Below, piece by piece: positions 28,150 through 37,662 of a DNA stretch of 64,000 bases. Position numbers and translations under genes: made by a program. Below the pieces are notes generated by a model. It was not told where the DNA came from and did not search any database. It saw nothing but the letters and a program-made list of their open reading frames with translations. The first letter of the stretch is position 1; each line of letters begins with the position of its first letter. Source of the DNA: an uncultured Chloroflexia bacterium (lineage in GTDB: Bacteria > Chloroflexota > Ktedonobacteria > Ktedonobacterales > JADMIN01); assembly GCA_963718915.1 (NCBI GenBank), contig CAVRAI010000004.1, positions 704,504 to 768,503 on the forward strand, written 5' to 3'.

Positions 28150-28757
28150 TAACGGCTCTCATCGTCCTCATTCGAGGGTGGGGTTCCAACCGGATCACCA
28201 ATGACAGCCAGGAGGTCGCCCTGGTTGACTGCCTGGCCTTTGCTCACGCGCAGACTCTTGACCATGCCCGCGCGAGGCGCAGGGAGATCGTTCTCCATTT
28301 TCATCGCTTCGAGCACAATGATGGCCTGGCCGCGCTCAACCTCAACACCTTCCTCGACGAGCAAGTTGGAGACAAGTCCCGGCATAGGGGCGCGGATATT
28401 CGCGTCGCCTGAGGCGTGCGCTCCGGCAGCCAGTGAGGCAAGCGCGCGTGCTCTCTCGTCGGCGAGGCGTACACGATACACCTGTCCGCGGACATGCACC
28501 TCAAAGACGCTCGATGTTCCGTCTTCCTCGTCAGCAGCCACTGGTTGCACAAAGATGTCGAAGGATTGAACGCCGAGGAGCAGACTATAGTGGCCAGCGT
28601 GATCAGAGGCGGCCTTTCCGGCTGAGAGCGCCGCGCCTCCGACAGGCTGCCAATCCACCGTCAGGTGATTGTCGCCTACCGTCACCTCACGCTGATGGCC
28701 ATCTTCCTGTAAGCCAATCGTGTAGGTCTGTTCGCCAATCGTGGCGACATAGCGCAT
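28149..28757 (-). CDS. Biotin/lipoyl attachment domain protein (BCCP-like)
   Basis: The C-terminus IVLEAMKMENDLPAPRAGMV has the biotinyl-lysine AMKM motif. Its stop overlaps the murF-alr start (TAATG). Confidence 0.8.
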   Translation of the reverse strand: MRYVATIGEQTYTIGLQEDGHQREVTVGDNHLTVDWQPVGGAALSAGKAASDHAGHYSLLLGVQSFDIFVQPVAADEEDGTSSVFEVHVRGQVYRVRLADERARALASLAAGAHASGDANIRAPMPGLVSNLLVEEGVEVERGQAIIVLEAMKMENDLPAPRAGMVKSLRVSKGQAVNQGDLLAVIGDPVGTPPSNEDDESR

Positions 28758-28822
28758 GCTGAGTCTCCCGTCTACTCCACATCAAACTTCAATAGGTGTT
28801 GGCGCTCTCCATGCGCACCCCA

Positions 28823-29674
28823 TCAAAATGTATAGTGGATCGTGACCGTGCCCTTGCCGCCATCGCTTGCTACGGTAATCGTAAAGTCCGCGAAAAAGGC
28901 TGAGCAGTTAATGGTAAATGGAACGGCGACGCTGCCTCCAGGATCGACCGAACCACTGGACTTGCCAAGCGCGATGGCCGTAGCCTTCGATGTTGTGACC
29001 GTGAAAGAAAGCGGTGTATCGCCGCTGTTAGTGACCTTGAAGGACTGTGTGCTATTACATTGCGAACCGTGAACGGTCATCGACGTCGTCGCAAGGGCCA
29101 GTTTGGGGCCAGCGGCGATGCTGGCCGTGACAGGGATATGAATGGACGTCTCGGTTGTGATGACGGTAACTTGCGCGGAATAACTTCCTGGCGACACATC
29201 AGCAGGCATCGCGACCACGCTGAGCGTCATTGTACCTCCAGGCGCGAGAGTTCCGCTGCGTGGCGTGATGTTGAGCCAGGCGACACTCGCCGTAGCATGC
29301 CATACTGCCGGGTCGGTACCGCTGTTGTTGACCTGAACATTGAGGTTGGTGCTGCTTCCTGATATCGCCTGGACCGTCAGCGCATTGGGTGTTGCCTGAA
29401 GGATATTGGCGTTTGGAATCGGCCCCAAGAAGGTCAGGTTTTTGTGCAGGAATCGATTTGCCTGCACACAGACTGTTCCCGGGCAGGCCGTAGGCTTTGC
29501 CAGCACCACCCCCAGGCCTCCAACCAGCGCCAGCACAAGTACCGCGAGCAGGACGAGGCGTGGCCAGAGACGTTTGCGCGGTTCACTTGCTTTATATGGG
29601 ACGCGCGAATCTGGTTGTCCAGGCATCCGACTGGCTGCGAAGGCGGGATAGTGCGCCGATGCTAGCGTCGGCAT
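28823..29674 (-). CDS. Membrane-anchored protein with two beta-sandwich (BACON/Ig-like) repeats
   Basis: N-terminal TM segment LVLLAVLVLALVGGLGVVLA. Followed by two repeats of the type W..ITPRSGTLAPGGTMTLSV...YSAQVTV and FKVTNSGDTPLSF...GSVDPGGSVAVPFTI. The domain family name is tentative. Confidence 0.7.
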   Translation of the reverse strand: MPTLASAHYPAFAASRMPGQPDSRVPYKASEPRKRLWPRLVLLAVLVLALVGGLGVVLAKPTACPGTVCVQANRFLHKNLTFLGPIPNANILQATPNALTVQAISGSSTNLNVQVNNSGTDPAVWHATASVAWLNITPRSGTLAPGGTMTLSVVAMPADVSPGSYSAQVTVITTETSIHIPVTASIAAGPKLALATTSMTVHGSQCNSTQSFKVTNSGDTPLSFTVTTSKATAIALGKSSGSVDPGGSVAVPFTINCSAFFADFTITVASDGGKGTVTIHYTF

Positions 29675-29713
29675 TGGTTGTTCACGTTGCCTGCCAGGCC
29701 TGGCAGACGATGG

Positions 29714-31570
29714 TTACTCCCCATACTCCCCATACTCCCCATACTCCCCATAGCGGCGGCCATCGCTGGCGCCTGGCTCGTGTCGGCCCGCTGGTCGAGA
29801 CGCAGGGCCGTTTGGCGCGTAGGATTGACCAACACTACTATAGGCATAACTTTCTGAGGCATAACTTTCTGAGGCGTAGCTATCCTGGGAGTTACGACGC
29901 GCTTGAGATGGTCTGCGCGGGCCAACATCCGCCCGACGAGGCAGTACCTCGCCCGTCAACAGATCCTCCCACTCGGGCGGTAGTTCGCCCTGCAAGGCGG
30001 GATTGGTCAGTCGCGGCAGCCCCAACTCCGTTGCCGAGAATCCGCCACGATAGCGCAGCGCCTCACTATGTGGGCCGCTCTGTCCCCAGTCGGCGCGCGA
30101 CATGTCATAGCCGTTATCCACTCGCGCGAGCCGTTGGTCGGTGTACTCTGAAGGGAAGTCGGTAGAGTCCGCTCTACTTGACCCACCTCGGCTGGGCGAA
30201 TTGTGGGCAAGACGCCAGTCATCGTCACGCGCGGCCTGGCGACGTGGCGCATTATCTGGCCGTGGAAAATCGTCCCCATAACCGCGTGACGCGCCGTTCT
30301 CGGCTGGCCATGCGTCATGTCTCCATTCGGGATCATCGCCAATCGGCGGCATCACCGGCGCGCTGGGTCCGCCCATTCCGCTGTCTGGCGGAGGCAATTG
30401 CGGGCGCGAGACCAGCGGGCGAGCAACTGGAGTCGCGGGAACACGCTCGGTATACTGGATACCGTCGGCTGCAGGCCACCCCTGTGACATGGGCGCTCCG
30501 GCCTGTTGCGCGCCATAACCATTCATCGGTGGAAAAGGCGGCTGCTGAGGCTGCATGGCTGGACCGGCGGGAGCCGGTAGTGCGCCTATGCGCGCGCCAG
30601 GGCCAATCGGACCAGGCGCGCCCCACGAGTCAGGAACGCCTGATTGAGCAGCTCCCTGTGGCATCCCCACGGACTGTGCGGATTGCCCTGGCGCCGGGAG
30701 CGCGGGTGGCATATGCGTTGGTGGCATGGCAGGCTGCTGCTTCAAGGTCGCATCTAGCGCCTGGGCCAGCGCCATTGCCGAAGGGAATCGGTCACCGGGA
30801 TTTTTCGACATCGCCTGCTGGATGATCGGGTCGAGCGCCTGGACGCCTGGTGGCAGTGATGGATCAACCTGCCCCAGACGCGGCGGTGGATAGTGCATGT
30901 GTGCGTCCCGCAGGTCTGCTGGCTTGGAGCCACTGAATGGTGGGCGTCCAGTGAGTGTGGCGAAGAGAATCGCGCCGAGGCTGTAAATATCACTTTGCTG
31001 CGTGAACTGGCCAGAGAATGACTCCGGCGCGAGATATTCGACAACGTCCACGCCTGAGCCTGAGTGATTCATGTCGAGTTGGCGAATGTCCCAGAGCATG
31101 CCAAAGTCGCCGAGAAGAACATGACGGCCTTCGAACAAGAAGACGTTGCTGGGCTTAAGATTGCCGTGAACCAGGCCAAGGCTGTGCGCATACGACAGTG
31201 CGCTTCCTAACTGATGAAAGAATGGAGCGACGTCACTGACGCCGAGACGGCCGCCCCGCGCGATCCAGTCACGCAGAGTGCCATCAGCCACCCAGGGTGT
31301 CGCGAGATAGAGGTAACCATTCTCTTCGCCACTGGCAACAACAGGCAAAATGTGTGGATGGCTGGCCAGCCGCGCCGCAGTCTGGATGATGTGCTGAAAG
31401 TTGGGGAGGAAACTGGGATATCGGGCAAATTCAGGATAGATAACCTTGATGATGACATCGCGACCATTCGCGGTGAGTGCCCGCGCACGATAGACCTCGG
31501 CGATGCCAGCGCTCGCAACTTGCTCGGTTAGCTGGTAGCCGCCCAACGTCCGGCCCTGCAGCCCTGCCAT
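29714..31570 (-). CDS. Ser/Thr-kinase-fold protein with HRD->HGN substitution and a long P/G/Q-rich tail (probable pseudokinase or atypical kinase)
   Basis: Start is ATG 31570, preceded by GAGGAG. The kinase fold is recognisable (VIIKVI, LVHGNLKPSNVFL, GDFGM, YLAPE). However, the Gly-loop is degenerate (VASAGIAEV) and the catalytic Asp is Asn. No TM or PASTA domain. The C-terminus carries SYASE x2 and YGE x4 tandem repeats. Confidence 0.8.
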   Translation of the reverse strand: MAGLQGRTLGGYQLTEQVASAGIAEVYRARALTANGRDVIIKVIYPEFARYPSFLPNFQHIIQTAARLASHPHILPVVASGEENGYLYLATPWVADGTLRDWIARGGRLGVSDVAPFFHQLGSALSYAHSLGLVHGNLKPSNVFLFEGRHVLLGDFGMLWDIRQLDMNHSGSGVDVVEYLAPESFSGQFTQQSDIYSLGAILFATLTGRPPFSGSKPADLRDAHMHYPPPRLGQVDPSLPPGVQALDPIIQQAMSKNPGDRFPSAMALAQALDATLKQQPAMPPTHMPPALPAPGQSAQSVGMPQGAAQSGVPDSWGAPGPIGPGARIGALPAPAGPAMQPQQPPFPPMNGYGAQQAGAPMSQGWPAADGIQYTERVPATPVARPLVSRPQLPPPDSGMGGPSAPVMPPIGDDPEWRHDAWPAENGASRGYGDDFPRPDNAPRRQAARDDDWRLAHNSPSRGGSSRADSTDFPSEYTDQRLARVDNGYDMSRADWGQSGPHSEALRYRGGFSATELGLPRLTNPALQGELPPEWEDLLTGEVLPRRADVGPRRPSQARRNSQDSYASESYASESYAYSSVGQSYAPNGPASRPAGRHEPGASDGRRYGEYGEYGEYGE

Positions 31571-31773
31571 AGCCTTCTCCTCACCACACAGCACATCCAC
31601 ATGCGCACTTCAGACGATTCCAGCGAAATTTCCCTGGGCTAGTATATCATGACTCCCTCTAACGCAATGCCCAAATGGCCCAAGATTGCCCGTATCTCCT
31701 ATGGGTACACAGGCTCTTTGCCCCTGCGGATGATAAGAGATAAAGGTGTTGCTGGCTGCGCGATAACGGCGTC

Positions 31774-33375
31774 TCATCCGCCATACGGGCCGATGTGGTG
31801 ATCCATCGCGTATTTATAGGTGGTGTTCGCAACCCAGGCCTGGCAGCCGCCGTCTCCGCTGCGCTCTTTGTTCACTGTGATGACAAGTTTCGCCGCGCTC
31901 CCACCGTTGGGGTACTGATCATCAGGCGCCAGCGAGATCCACCATGACTGCGGGCTGCCCTCTTCGAGCTGAGCCGTGCCGGACTTGCCGCCCTCTTGTG
32001 TTGAGGAAAACTTCAGTGGCGGGCCACCATGTGGATCGGGGTAGGTATTGCCGGTGCCATGGTCGACCACGGCCCACATCGCCTTGCGAATTCCGGCGGC
32101 GGTCGTCGGGGAGATGACCTGTTGATTTGAGGTATCCGCCCCGAGTAAGACGTGCGGCGAGACTAGCACGCCATCGGCGGCTATACTGCTGGTCAACTCC
32201 GCCATCGTCAGCGGTGAAATCAGCAACTGGCCCTGGCCAAATCCACTTTCCGCCAGCAGATTGACGTTGAAGTCCTGGGGCTGGCCGTTGCTACCGATCG
32301 CGTTAAAGGCGCTGCTCTGCTTGTATGGCGCGTCAAACGGCACTGCATCCACAGGCGTTCCCGGTGTTGCGATGCCAAAGCGCCGTATATAATCCAGCCA
32401 TTTATCCGAGCCAGTCGCGACGGCCAGGCGAGCAAAGATGACATTATCGCTATAGGCGTACCCATCTATCAGCGGCATCGGGAAGGTGGCGACATTGTTG
32501 CCAGTCTGCCACGCGCCAGCATAATAGTCGTCCCAGCGAATTGGCTCGCCGTTGATGACGTAATTGAGCGCCTCATCCTTGGTATACATGTCGTCAAGTG
32601 AGGCCATGCCAGAATCAAGTGCGGCGAGCAAAGTCAGTGTTTTGAACGTAGACCCAGGCGCGTAGAGACCTTGCGTTGCTCGATCGAGAAGCGGTAGCCC
32701 TGTATCGGCCTGTAGTTGCTGGAAGTACCCGGGTTTGTCAATCTGATTTGGGTCAAACGATGGCTTGCTGACCATTGCCAGAATCTCGCCGTTATGTGGA
32801 TCTTCAACAATCATGCTGCCAGGTGGATGTGAGCCTGCGGCCTGGCAGAGGCCGTTTAACCCTGAGAGATATTCGCTATCGTAGGCGTTGCTCGCCTCGA
32901 CCTGAAGATTGATATCAATGGTCAGGTGAATATCCTGGCCATGTCGCGGGCGATGGAGCAATTTATCTGTGACATCACTGGGCGTCACACCATGCTGAAT
33001 GCCTGCCAGTGCGTCATTGAAGGCGCTCTCGACACCAGCCGTGCCGTACTGCGTGCTGTAGTAGCCGAGCAAAGGAGCCAGCCCCGATGTCGCGACACGA
33101 GGGTCATACTCGCGGCGATACCCACAGGGCTTCTCCGTTGGGTCCTGGACAGTCCACGCCAACTTTACGCCGTTGCGGTCGTAGATCGTGCCACGGAGCG
33201 GAGCATCGTAAGGAGGGCATGTTCGCGAGTCATAGGATCCGTGCGCCAGCACTGGGCCATTGAAAAACGCCTGATTGAAAACCTGCACATAGGCGGCGAC
33301 ACCGCTAACGATGAGAAACAGGATGAGAAAGGTTGTGAACAGGCGGCGAATCGAACCAGTTGTCAATGTATTCAT
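31774..33375 (-). CDS. Class B penicillin-binding protein (PBP2/FtsI-type transpeptidase)
   Basis: N-terminal TM anchor, plus the STFK, YSDN and KSGT motifs. Confidence 0.9.
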   Translation of the reverse strand: MNTLTTGSIRRLFTTFLILFLIVSGVAAYVQVFNQAFFNGPVLAHGSYDSRTCPPYDAPLRGTIYDRNGVKLAWTVQDPTEKPCGYRREYDPRVATSGLAPLLGYYSTQYGTAGVESAFNDALAGIQHGVTPSDVTDKLLHRPRHGQDIHLTIDINLQVEASNAYDSEYLSGLNGLCQAAGSHPPGSMIVEDPHNGEILAMVSKPSFDPNQIDKPGYFQQLQADTGLPLLDRATQGLYAPGSTFKTLTLLAALDSGMASLDDMYTKDEALNYVINGEPIRWDDYYAGAWQTGNNVATFPMPLIDGYAYSDNVIFARLAVATGSDKWLDYIRRFGIATPGTPVDAVPFDAPYKQSSAFNAIGSNGQPQDFNVNLLAESGFGQGQLLISPLTMAELTSSIAADGVLVSPHVLLGADTSNQQVISPTTAAGIRKAMWAVVDHGTGNTYPDPHGGPPLKFSSTQEGGKSGTAQLEEGSPQSWWISLAPDDQYPNGGSAAKLVITVNKERSGDGGCQAWVANTTYKYAMDHHIGPYGG

Positions 33376-33498
33376 CAGGTGGCAAGCTCCGCTCGCGTGT
33401 CTGACTGATCTCGTTCCGACACTTAGACGTTACAGCCATGCGCTGGGTTGCGCGGTCTGAGTGTAGCACCCGACGTTGGCAGCGTCAAAGCCAGTAGT

Positions 33499-34383
33499 TC
33501 ACATTTTGCGCTCAACTGTACGAGTACGATGAATTTTCTGAAGGCCACGTTGCTGGTGTAGCAGGTACCGTTCGCTTCCAGACAGCCTTTGCCGTGTATG
33601 CGTGTCGCCAACCCGTTTCAATTGATCGAATAGCGCCAGCCAATCTCCCAGGGATATCGCAGCCGGTTTCACGTCAAGATTGATCCCCAGTTCGCGCTCT
33701 ATGAACCTCTTTTGTTGCCTGGTAAATATATCGCTGAGAGGAGTGATGTGATTCGGCTGCCAGTGAGTGAACATATAGACGGCGAAGTCGCGAAAGGACT
33801 GTCGGTCAGCGCGCGAGACCAGTGGTGGACCGCGCTTGCGTAGCCGCAGCATCACGACATCGACTCGCGGGGCAGGCAGAAAATCGGTGCGCCGGAAACG
33901 ATGTACGATTTCTAGCTCGAACCAGGGCTTGAGCAGAATCGAACGGAGCGATTCGCCTGGCCTTCCCAGGTACATGTGCGCTGCATCTTGCTGCATGGTC
34001 AGATATGCCTCATCGACCGGGTGCTCATTGGTGGTGAGTCGGGTAACGATGGCCGAAGTGATATTGAACGGAATGTTCGCAAACACCTTGTAGGAGTTGT
34101 GTGGGAGAGGATGCCGCAGGAAATCGCCGATGTGAATGGTCACATTTGGGTAATCGCGAAGGATTCGCTGGAGCCGATGCGCCAGCCGCGCGTCTTTCTC
34201 GATGGCCACGACTTCACGGTACCGTAGCGCGAGTTGTTCGGTGATGAGGCCCTCTCCTGGACCAATCTCATAGACAGTGTTATCACTACCGAGGTCAAAT
34301 TGGTCGAGAAGAGAGGCGACCAGGCGGGAATCTCTGAGAAAGTTTTGGGATAGCAGCGCGCGTTCGTGGGGCCAGGATGACAT
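33499..34383 (-). CDS. rRNA adenine N6-methyltransferase, Erm-like (rRNA adenine dimethylase family)
   Basis: Contains LSQNFLRDSRLV, VYEIGPGEGLITEQL, VVAIEKDARL, YKVFANIPFNITSAIV and F.PAPRVDVVMLRL. Length and C-terminal domain resemble Erm rather than KsgA/RsmA. The target nucleotide cannot be read from sequence. Confidence 0.7.
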   Translation of the reverse strand: MSSWPHERALLSQNFLRDSRLVASLLDQFDLGSDNTVYEIGPGEGLITEQLALRYREVVAIEKDARLAHRLQRILRDYPNVTIHIGDFLRHPLPHNSYKVFANIPFNITSAIVTRLTTNEHPVDEAYLTMQQDAAHMYLGRPGESLRSILLKPWFELEIVHRFRRTDFLPAPRVDVVMLRLRKRGPPLVSRADRQSFRDFAVYMFTHWQPNHITPLSDIFTRQQKRFIERELGINLDVKPAAISLGDWLALFDQLKRVGDTHTRQRLSGSERYLLHQQRGLQKIHRTRTVERKM

Positions 34384-34693
34384 GACGCTTTCCTTTCAAG
34401 ATGTGGGCTGGCGACAGGCGCAAAAAAGCCGCAGAGCTGGATGGCTCATGCGACTGAGTGCGAAGCCCGATCTTGAAAAGACGGCGGAGCAGGTAACGCG
34501 CCATATTCATGCGTTATGACATGAAACGCGCGCGTCCGAGCGGGAGTCCTGAAAGGGCCTCGCTTATACCTGCCGAATCCGTGTCATGGTGTAGAATCCC
34601 TGGAAGTTGTATGCACCGTACATCATGGAAACAGTATAGAAGGCGACAGCGAACTTGTCCAGGCGTCGGCCCGCGAACTGTTCAAGGTAACCC

Positions 34694-34722
34694 TTGCATC
34701 CATTCGGCGTCTGTGATACTAT
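34694..34722 (+). promoter_or_regulatory. Candidate promoter for tRNA-Ala(GGC)
   Basis: TTGCAT, a 17-nt spacer, then TACTAT. Lies about 33 nt upstream of the tRNA 5' end. Confidence 0.5.
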
Positions 34723-34755
34723 TGAGGGGCTGGTGGCGCATGCTACCAGCATGAC

Positions 34756-34828
34756 GGGCCTGTGGCGCAGCTGGGAGCGCGTCTGCATGGCATGCAGAAG
34801 GTCAGGGGTTCGAATCCCCTCAGGTCCA
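34756..34828 (+). tRNA. tRNA-Ala (anticodon GGC)
   Basis: I folded the cloverleaf by hand. Acceptor GGGCCTG/CAGGTCC has the G3:U70 identity pair, the anticodon loop is ATGGCAT, and the T-loop is TTCGAAT. No encoded CCA. Confidence 0.9.
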
Positions 34829-34883
34829 CCCAATCCATCTCACCACCCATTAGGGGTATCTCAACAGGAACGCAACGATGCGC

Positions 34884-34921
34884 TGGCCTTTCACCCACCA
34901 CGGGCGGAAGGCCATTTCTTA
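34884..34921 (+). terminator. Intrinsic terminator after tRNA-Ala(GGC)
   Basis: TGGCCTTTC-N13-GGAAGGCCA followed by TTTCTT. Confidence 0.65.
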
Positions 34922-35012
34922 TGTCTGAACCTCTTCCCGGTCCTCCCTGCTCTCTCGGCGTCGAGGAGGCCGCGGCTGCCAGGATGAGGTGAAGAGGAGG
35001 TTTGCATATCTT

Positions 35013-37505
35013 ATGGTTCGCTCGAAGTATTCGCCCGCTGATATCGAACGGAAGTGGCAGGAGCAATGGGCTGCCGATGATCTTTATACCGCCAGAGATG
35101 ATGATGTTCGCCCGAAATACTATAACCTGGTGATGTTTCCGTATCCGTCAGGCGACCTGCATATCGGCCACTGGTACAACTACACCGGCGCGGATATGTA
35201 CGGACGCTTCATGCGGATGCGTGGCTACAACGTGATGCAGCCGATTGGCTTCGACGCCTTTGGCCTGCCTGCCGAAAACGCCGCCATCAAAAATAACATC
35301 CAGCCACGCACCTGGACGCTCGATAATATCGCCCGCATGCGTAAGCAGTTGCGGACGTTGGGCGCGGGCTGGGATTGGTCACGAGAGGTTGTCACCTGTC
35401 TGCCGGATTATTACACCTGGACGCAGTGGGTCTTCCTGCAATTTTATAAGCATGGACTGGCGTATCGCACCAAAGCGCCCGCGAACTGGTGTCCGACCTG
35501 CAACACGACACTCGCGAACGAGCAGGTCGTCGGTGGCGAGTGCGAACGTTGCCATAGTGTCGTAGAGCGGCGCGAGATCGATCAGTGGCTGCTGCGTATC
35601 ACTAAATATGCCGATGAATTGCTGCGCTATGACGGCATGGACTGGCCCGAAAAGACGCGGCTGATGCAGACCAACTGGATTGGCCGGAGCGAGGGCGCTG
35701 AAGTGCGGTTCATCGCGGAAGCGCCAGCAGGCAAGGGCAAAAGCGTCGAGCGTATCGAGATTCCAGTGTTTACGACGCGCCCTGACACGATTTATGGTGT
35801 CACGTTCTTTGTGCTGGCCCCGGAGCATCCGCTGGTGGAGCGACTGACGACTCCAGGACAGCGAAAGGCCGTCGAGGCGTATCTGGAGCAGGTGCGCCAT
35901 GAGACGGAGATCGAGCGCCTGAGCGCCGATGCCGCGCGCCCGAAGACGGGCGTTCCGCTAGGCACGTACGTAACGAATCCTGTTAGCGGTGAGCAAGTGC
36001 CCATCTGGATCGCCGATTATGTGCTCATGGGATATGGCACGGGCGCGGTCATGGGAGTGCCCGCCCACGACCAGCGTGACTTCGAGTTTGCCCGTAACTT
36101 CGACCTTCCCGTGCGCGTGGTCTATCAGGAAGAGGATGGATTGCTCGATGGCGAGACGATGACCGAAGCCGTCTCGCATGTTGGCCACGTCGTCAACTCA
36201 GGCTCGTTTGATGGTCTGCCCGATAGCCCGGACACGATCCGCACGTTCATCAAGTATATCGAGCAGATTGGCGCGGGGTCGGCCACCATCAACTATCGCC
36301 TGCGCGACTGGCTCATCAGCCGCCAGCGTTATTGGGGCGCGCCGATTCCCATCGTCTACTGCGAAGATCATGGCGCGGTTCCAGTACCAGAAGACCAGTT
36401 GCCGGTGGTGCTGCCCGATGAGGTGCAGTTCAAGCCGACTGGTGAGTCGCCATTGCGCTATGTGCCGGAGTTCCTGAATACGACCTGCCCGACATGTGGC
36501 AAGCCCGCCACGCGCGAGACCGATACGATGGATACGTTCATCTGCTCGTCGTGGTATTTCCTGCGCTATACCGACCCAGACGATGCGATGCATCCCTGGA
36601 CGGCGGCATCGATGGAAAAGTGGATGCCGGTCGATATGTACATTGGCGGGCCTGAGCACGCCACAATGCATCTGCTCTATGCGCGCTTCTTCGTCAAGGC
36701 GCTGCGCGATATGGGGCTGGTATCGGTTGACGAGCCATTTACGCGCCTCTACCATCAGGGGATGGTACTGGGGCCGGATGGCCAGAAGATGTCGAAGTCA
36801 CGCGGCAACGTGATCGCGCCTGATAATGTCATTGGTCGCTACGGCGCCGATGCGGTGCGCTGCTATCTGATGTTCATGGGGCCATTCGATCAAGGCGGTC
36901 CATGGAACAATCAGAGCATCGAGGGTGTTGCGCGCTTCCTGAACCGTGTCTGGGCGCTGGTGACCGAAACGATTGAAGCACAGTCGGGCGATTCCATACG
37001 GTCGGAGCAGGGAGCCGCTGCCGAGCGGTTGCGCCACAAGGCGATTGCCCGCGTGACGGCGGACTTCGGTGAGTTGCGTTTTAATACGGCGCTGGCGGGG
37101 CTGATGGAGTATGTCAATGGCCTGAACCACCTGCGCGAAGAGCCTGCCGCGGTCGTGCGTGATGCGCGCTTCATGGCGGCAGTCGATGAGCTTTTGGTGT
37201 TGCTGGCGCCAATGGCTCCGCATATGGCGGAGGAGCTGTGGCATCAGCGCGGACACAAAGAGAGCGTCCACCTGCAAGCCTGGCCAGAGTACGATCCATC
37301 GATGACAGTAGATGACATCGTGACACTGGTCGTGCAGGTGAACGGCAAGGTACGCGACAAGTTAGAGGTCGCGCCTGGCCTCACCGATGAGCAGGCGCGT
37401 GAGCTGGTGCTGTCCAGCCCCAGGGTGCAGTCCGCGCTGGAGGGACGAGCGCCGAAGAAGTTCATCTACGTGCGCGACCGCAACCTGGTGAATGTCGTCG
37501 GGTAG
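35013..37505 (+). CDS. leuS: Leucyl-tRNA synthetase
   Basis: Contains PYPSGDLHIGHWYNY (HIGH) and KMSKSRGN. About 830 aa. Start is ATG 35013, downstream of GAGGAGG; GTG 34989 is an alternative. Confidence 0.95.
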   Translation: MVRSKYSPADIERKWQEQWAADDLYTARDDDVRPKYYNLVMFPYPSGDLHIGHWYNYTGADMYGRFMRMRGYNVMQPIGFDAFGLPAENAAIKNNIQPRTWTLDNIARMRKQLRTLGAGWDWSREVVTCLPDYYTWTQWVFLQFYKHGLAYRTKAPANWCPTCNTTLANEQVVGGECERCHSVVERREIDQWLLRITKYADELLRYDGMDWPEKTRLMQTNWIGRSEGAEVRFIAEAPAGKGKSVERIEIPVFTTRPDTIYGVTFFVLAPEHPLVERLTTPGQRKAVEAYLEQVRHETEIERLSADAARPKTGVPLGTYVTNPVSGEQVPIWIADYVLMGYGTGAVMGVPAHDQRDFEFARNFDLPVRVVYQEEDGLLDGETMTEAVSHVGHVVNSGSFDGLPDSPDTIRTFIKYIEQIGAGSATINYRLRDWLISRQRYWGAPIPIVYCEDHGAVPVPEDQLPVVLPDEVQFKPTGESPLRYVPEFLNTTCPTCGKPATRETDTMDTFICSSWYFLRYTDPDDAMHPWTAASMEKWMPVDMYIGGPEHATMHLLYARFFVKALRDMGLVSVDEPFTRLYHQGMVLGPDGQKMSKSRGNVIAPDNVIGRYGADAVRCYLMFMGPFDQGGPWNNQSIEGVARFLNRVWALVTETIEAQSGDSIRSEQGAAAERLRHKAIARVTADFGELRFNTALAGLMEYVNGLNHLREEPAAVVRDARFMAAVDELLVLLAPMAPHMAEELWHQRGHKESVHLQAWPEYDPSMTVDDIVTLVVQVNGKVRDKLEVAPGLTDEQARELVLSSPRVQSALEGRAPKKFIYVRDRNLVNVVG

Positions 37506-37507
37506 CG

Positions 37508-37552
37508 GACCTCACCCCCGACCCCTCTCCCACCGGGAGAGGGGAGCCAGAC
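37508..37552. repeat. 45-nt GC-rich hairpin repeat, copy 2 (GGACCTCACCCCCGACCCCTCTCCC-ACCG-GGGAGAGGGGAGCCAGA)
   Basis: Matches 6413-6457. Followed by a perfect 15-bp hairpin (37548-37562 / 37571-37585). Confidence 0.8.
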
Positions 37553-37588
37553 TCGCCCGACCTATGCACCGGTCGGGCGAGTCTGGAA

Positions 37589-37611
37589 GAAACCCGCGCA
37601 GGCGGGTTTTG
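37589..37611. terminator. Bidirectional intrinsic terminator between the convergent leuS and ABC ATPase genes
   Basis: AAACCCGC-gcag-GCGGGTTTT, with A and T tracts on both sides. Confidence 0.7.
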
Positions 37612-37662
37612 TGGCCAAGCGAGAGCGAGGCCGCTCAGGCGCGGTTTCAACCGCCAGCCTCC

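Noticed and set aside
34384-34510. Possible erm-type leader peptide or attenuator (71-codon ORF 34295-34510 minus, weak AGCC/GGCT hairpin plus T6)
   Set aside because: There is no Shine-Dalgarno before its ATG. The ORF is far longer than known erm leaders and overlaps the erm start out of frame. The hairpin has only 4 bp. The evidence is insufficient.
34922-35012. T-box leader upstream of leuS
   Set aside because: Only about 90 nt are available after the tRNA terminator, and there is no T-box consensus or specifier-loop features.
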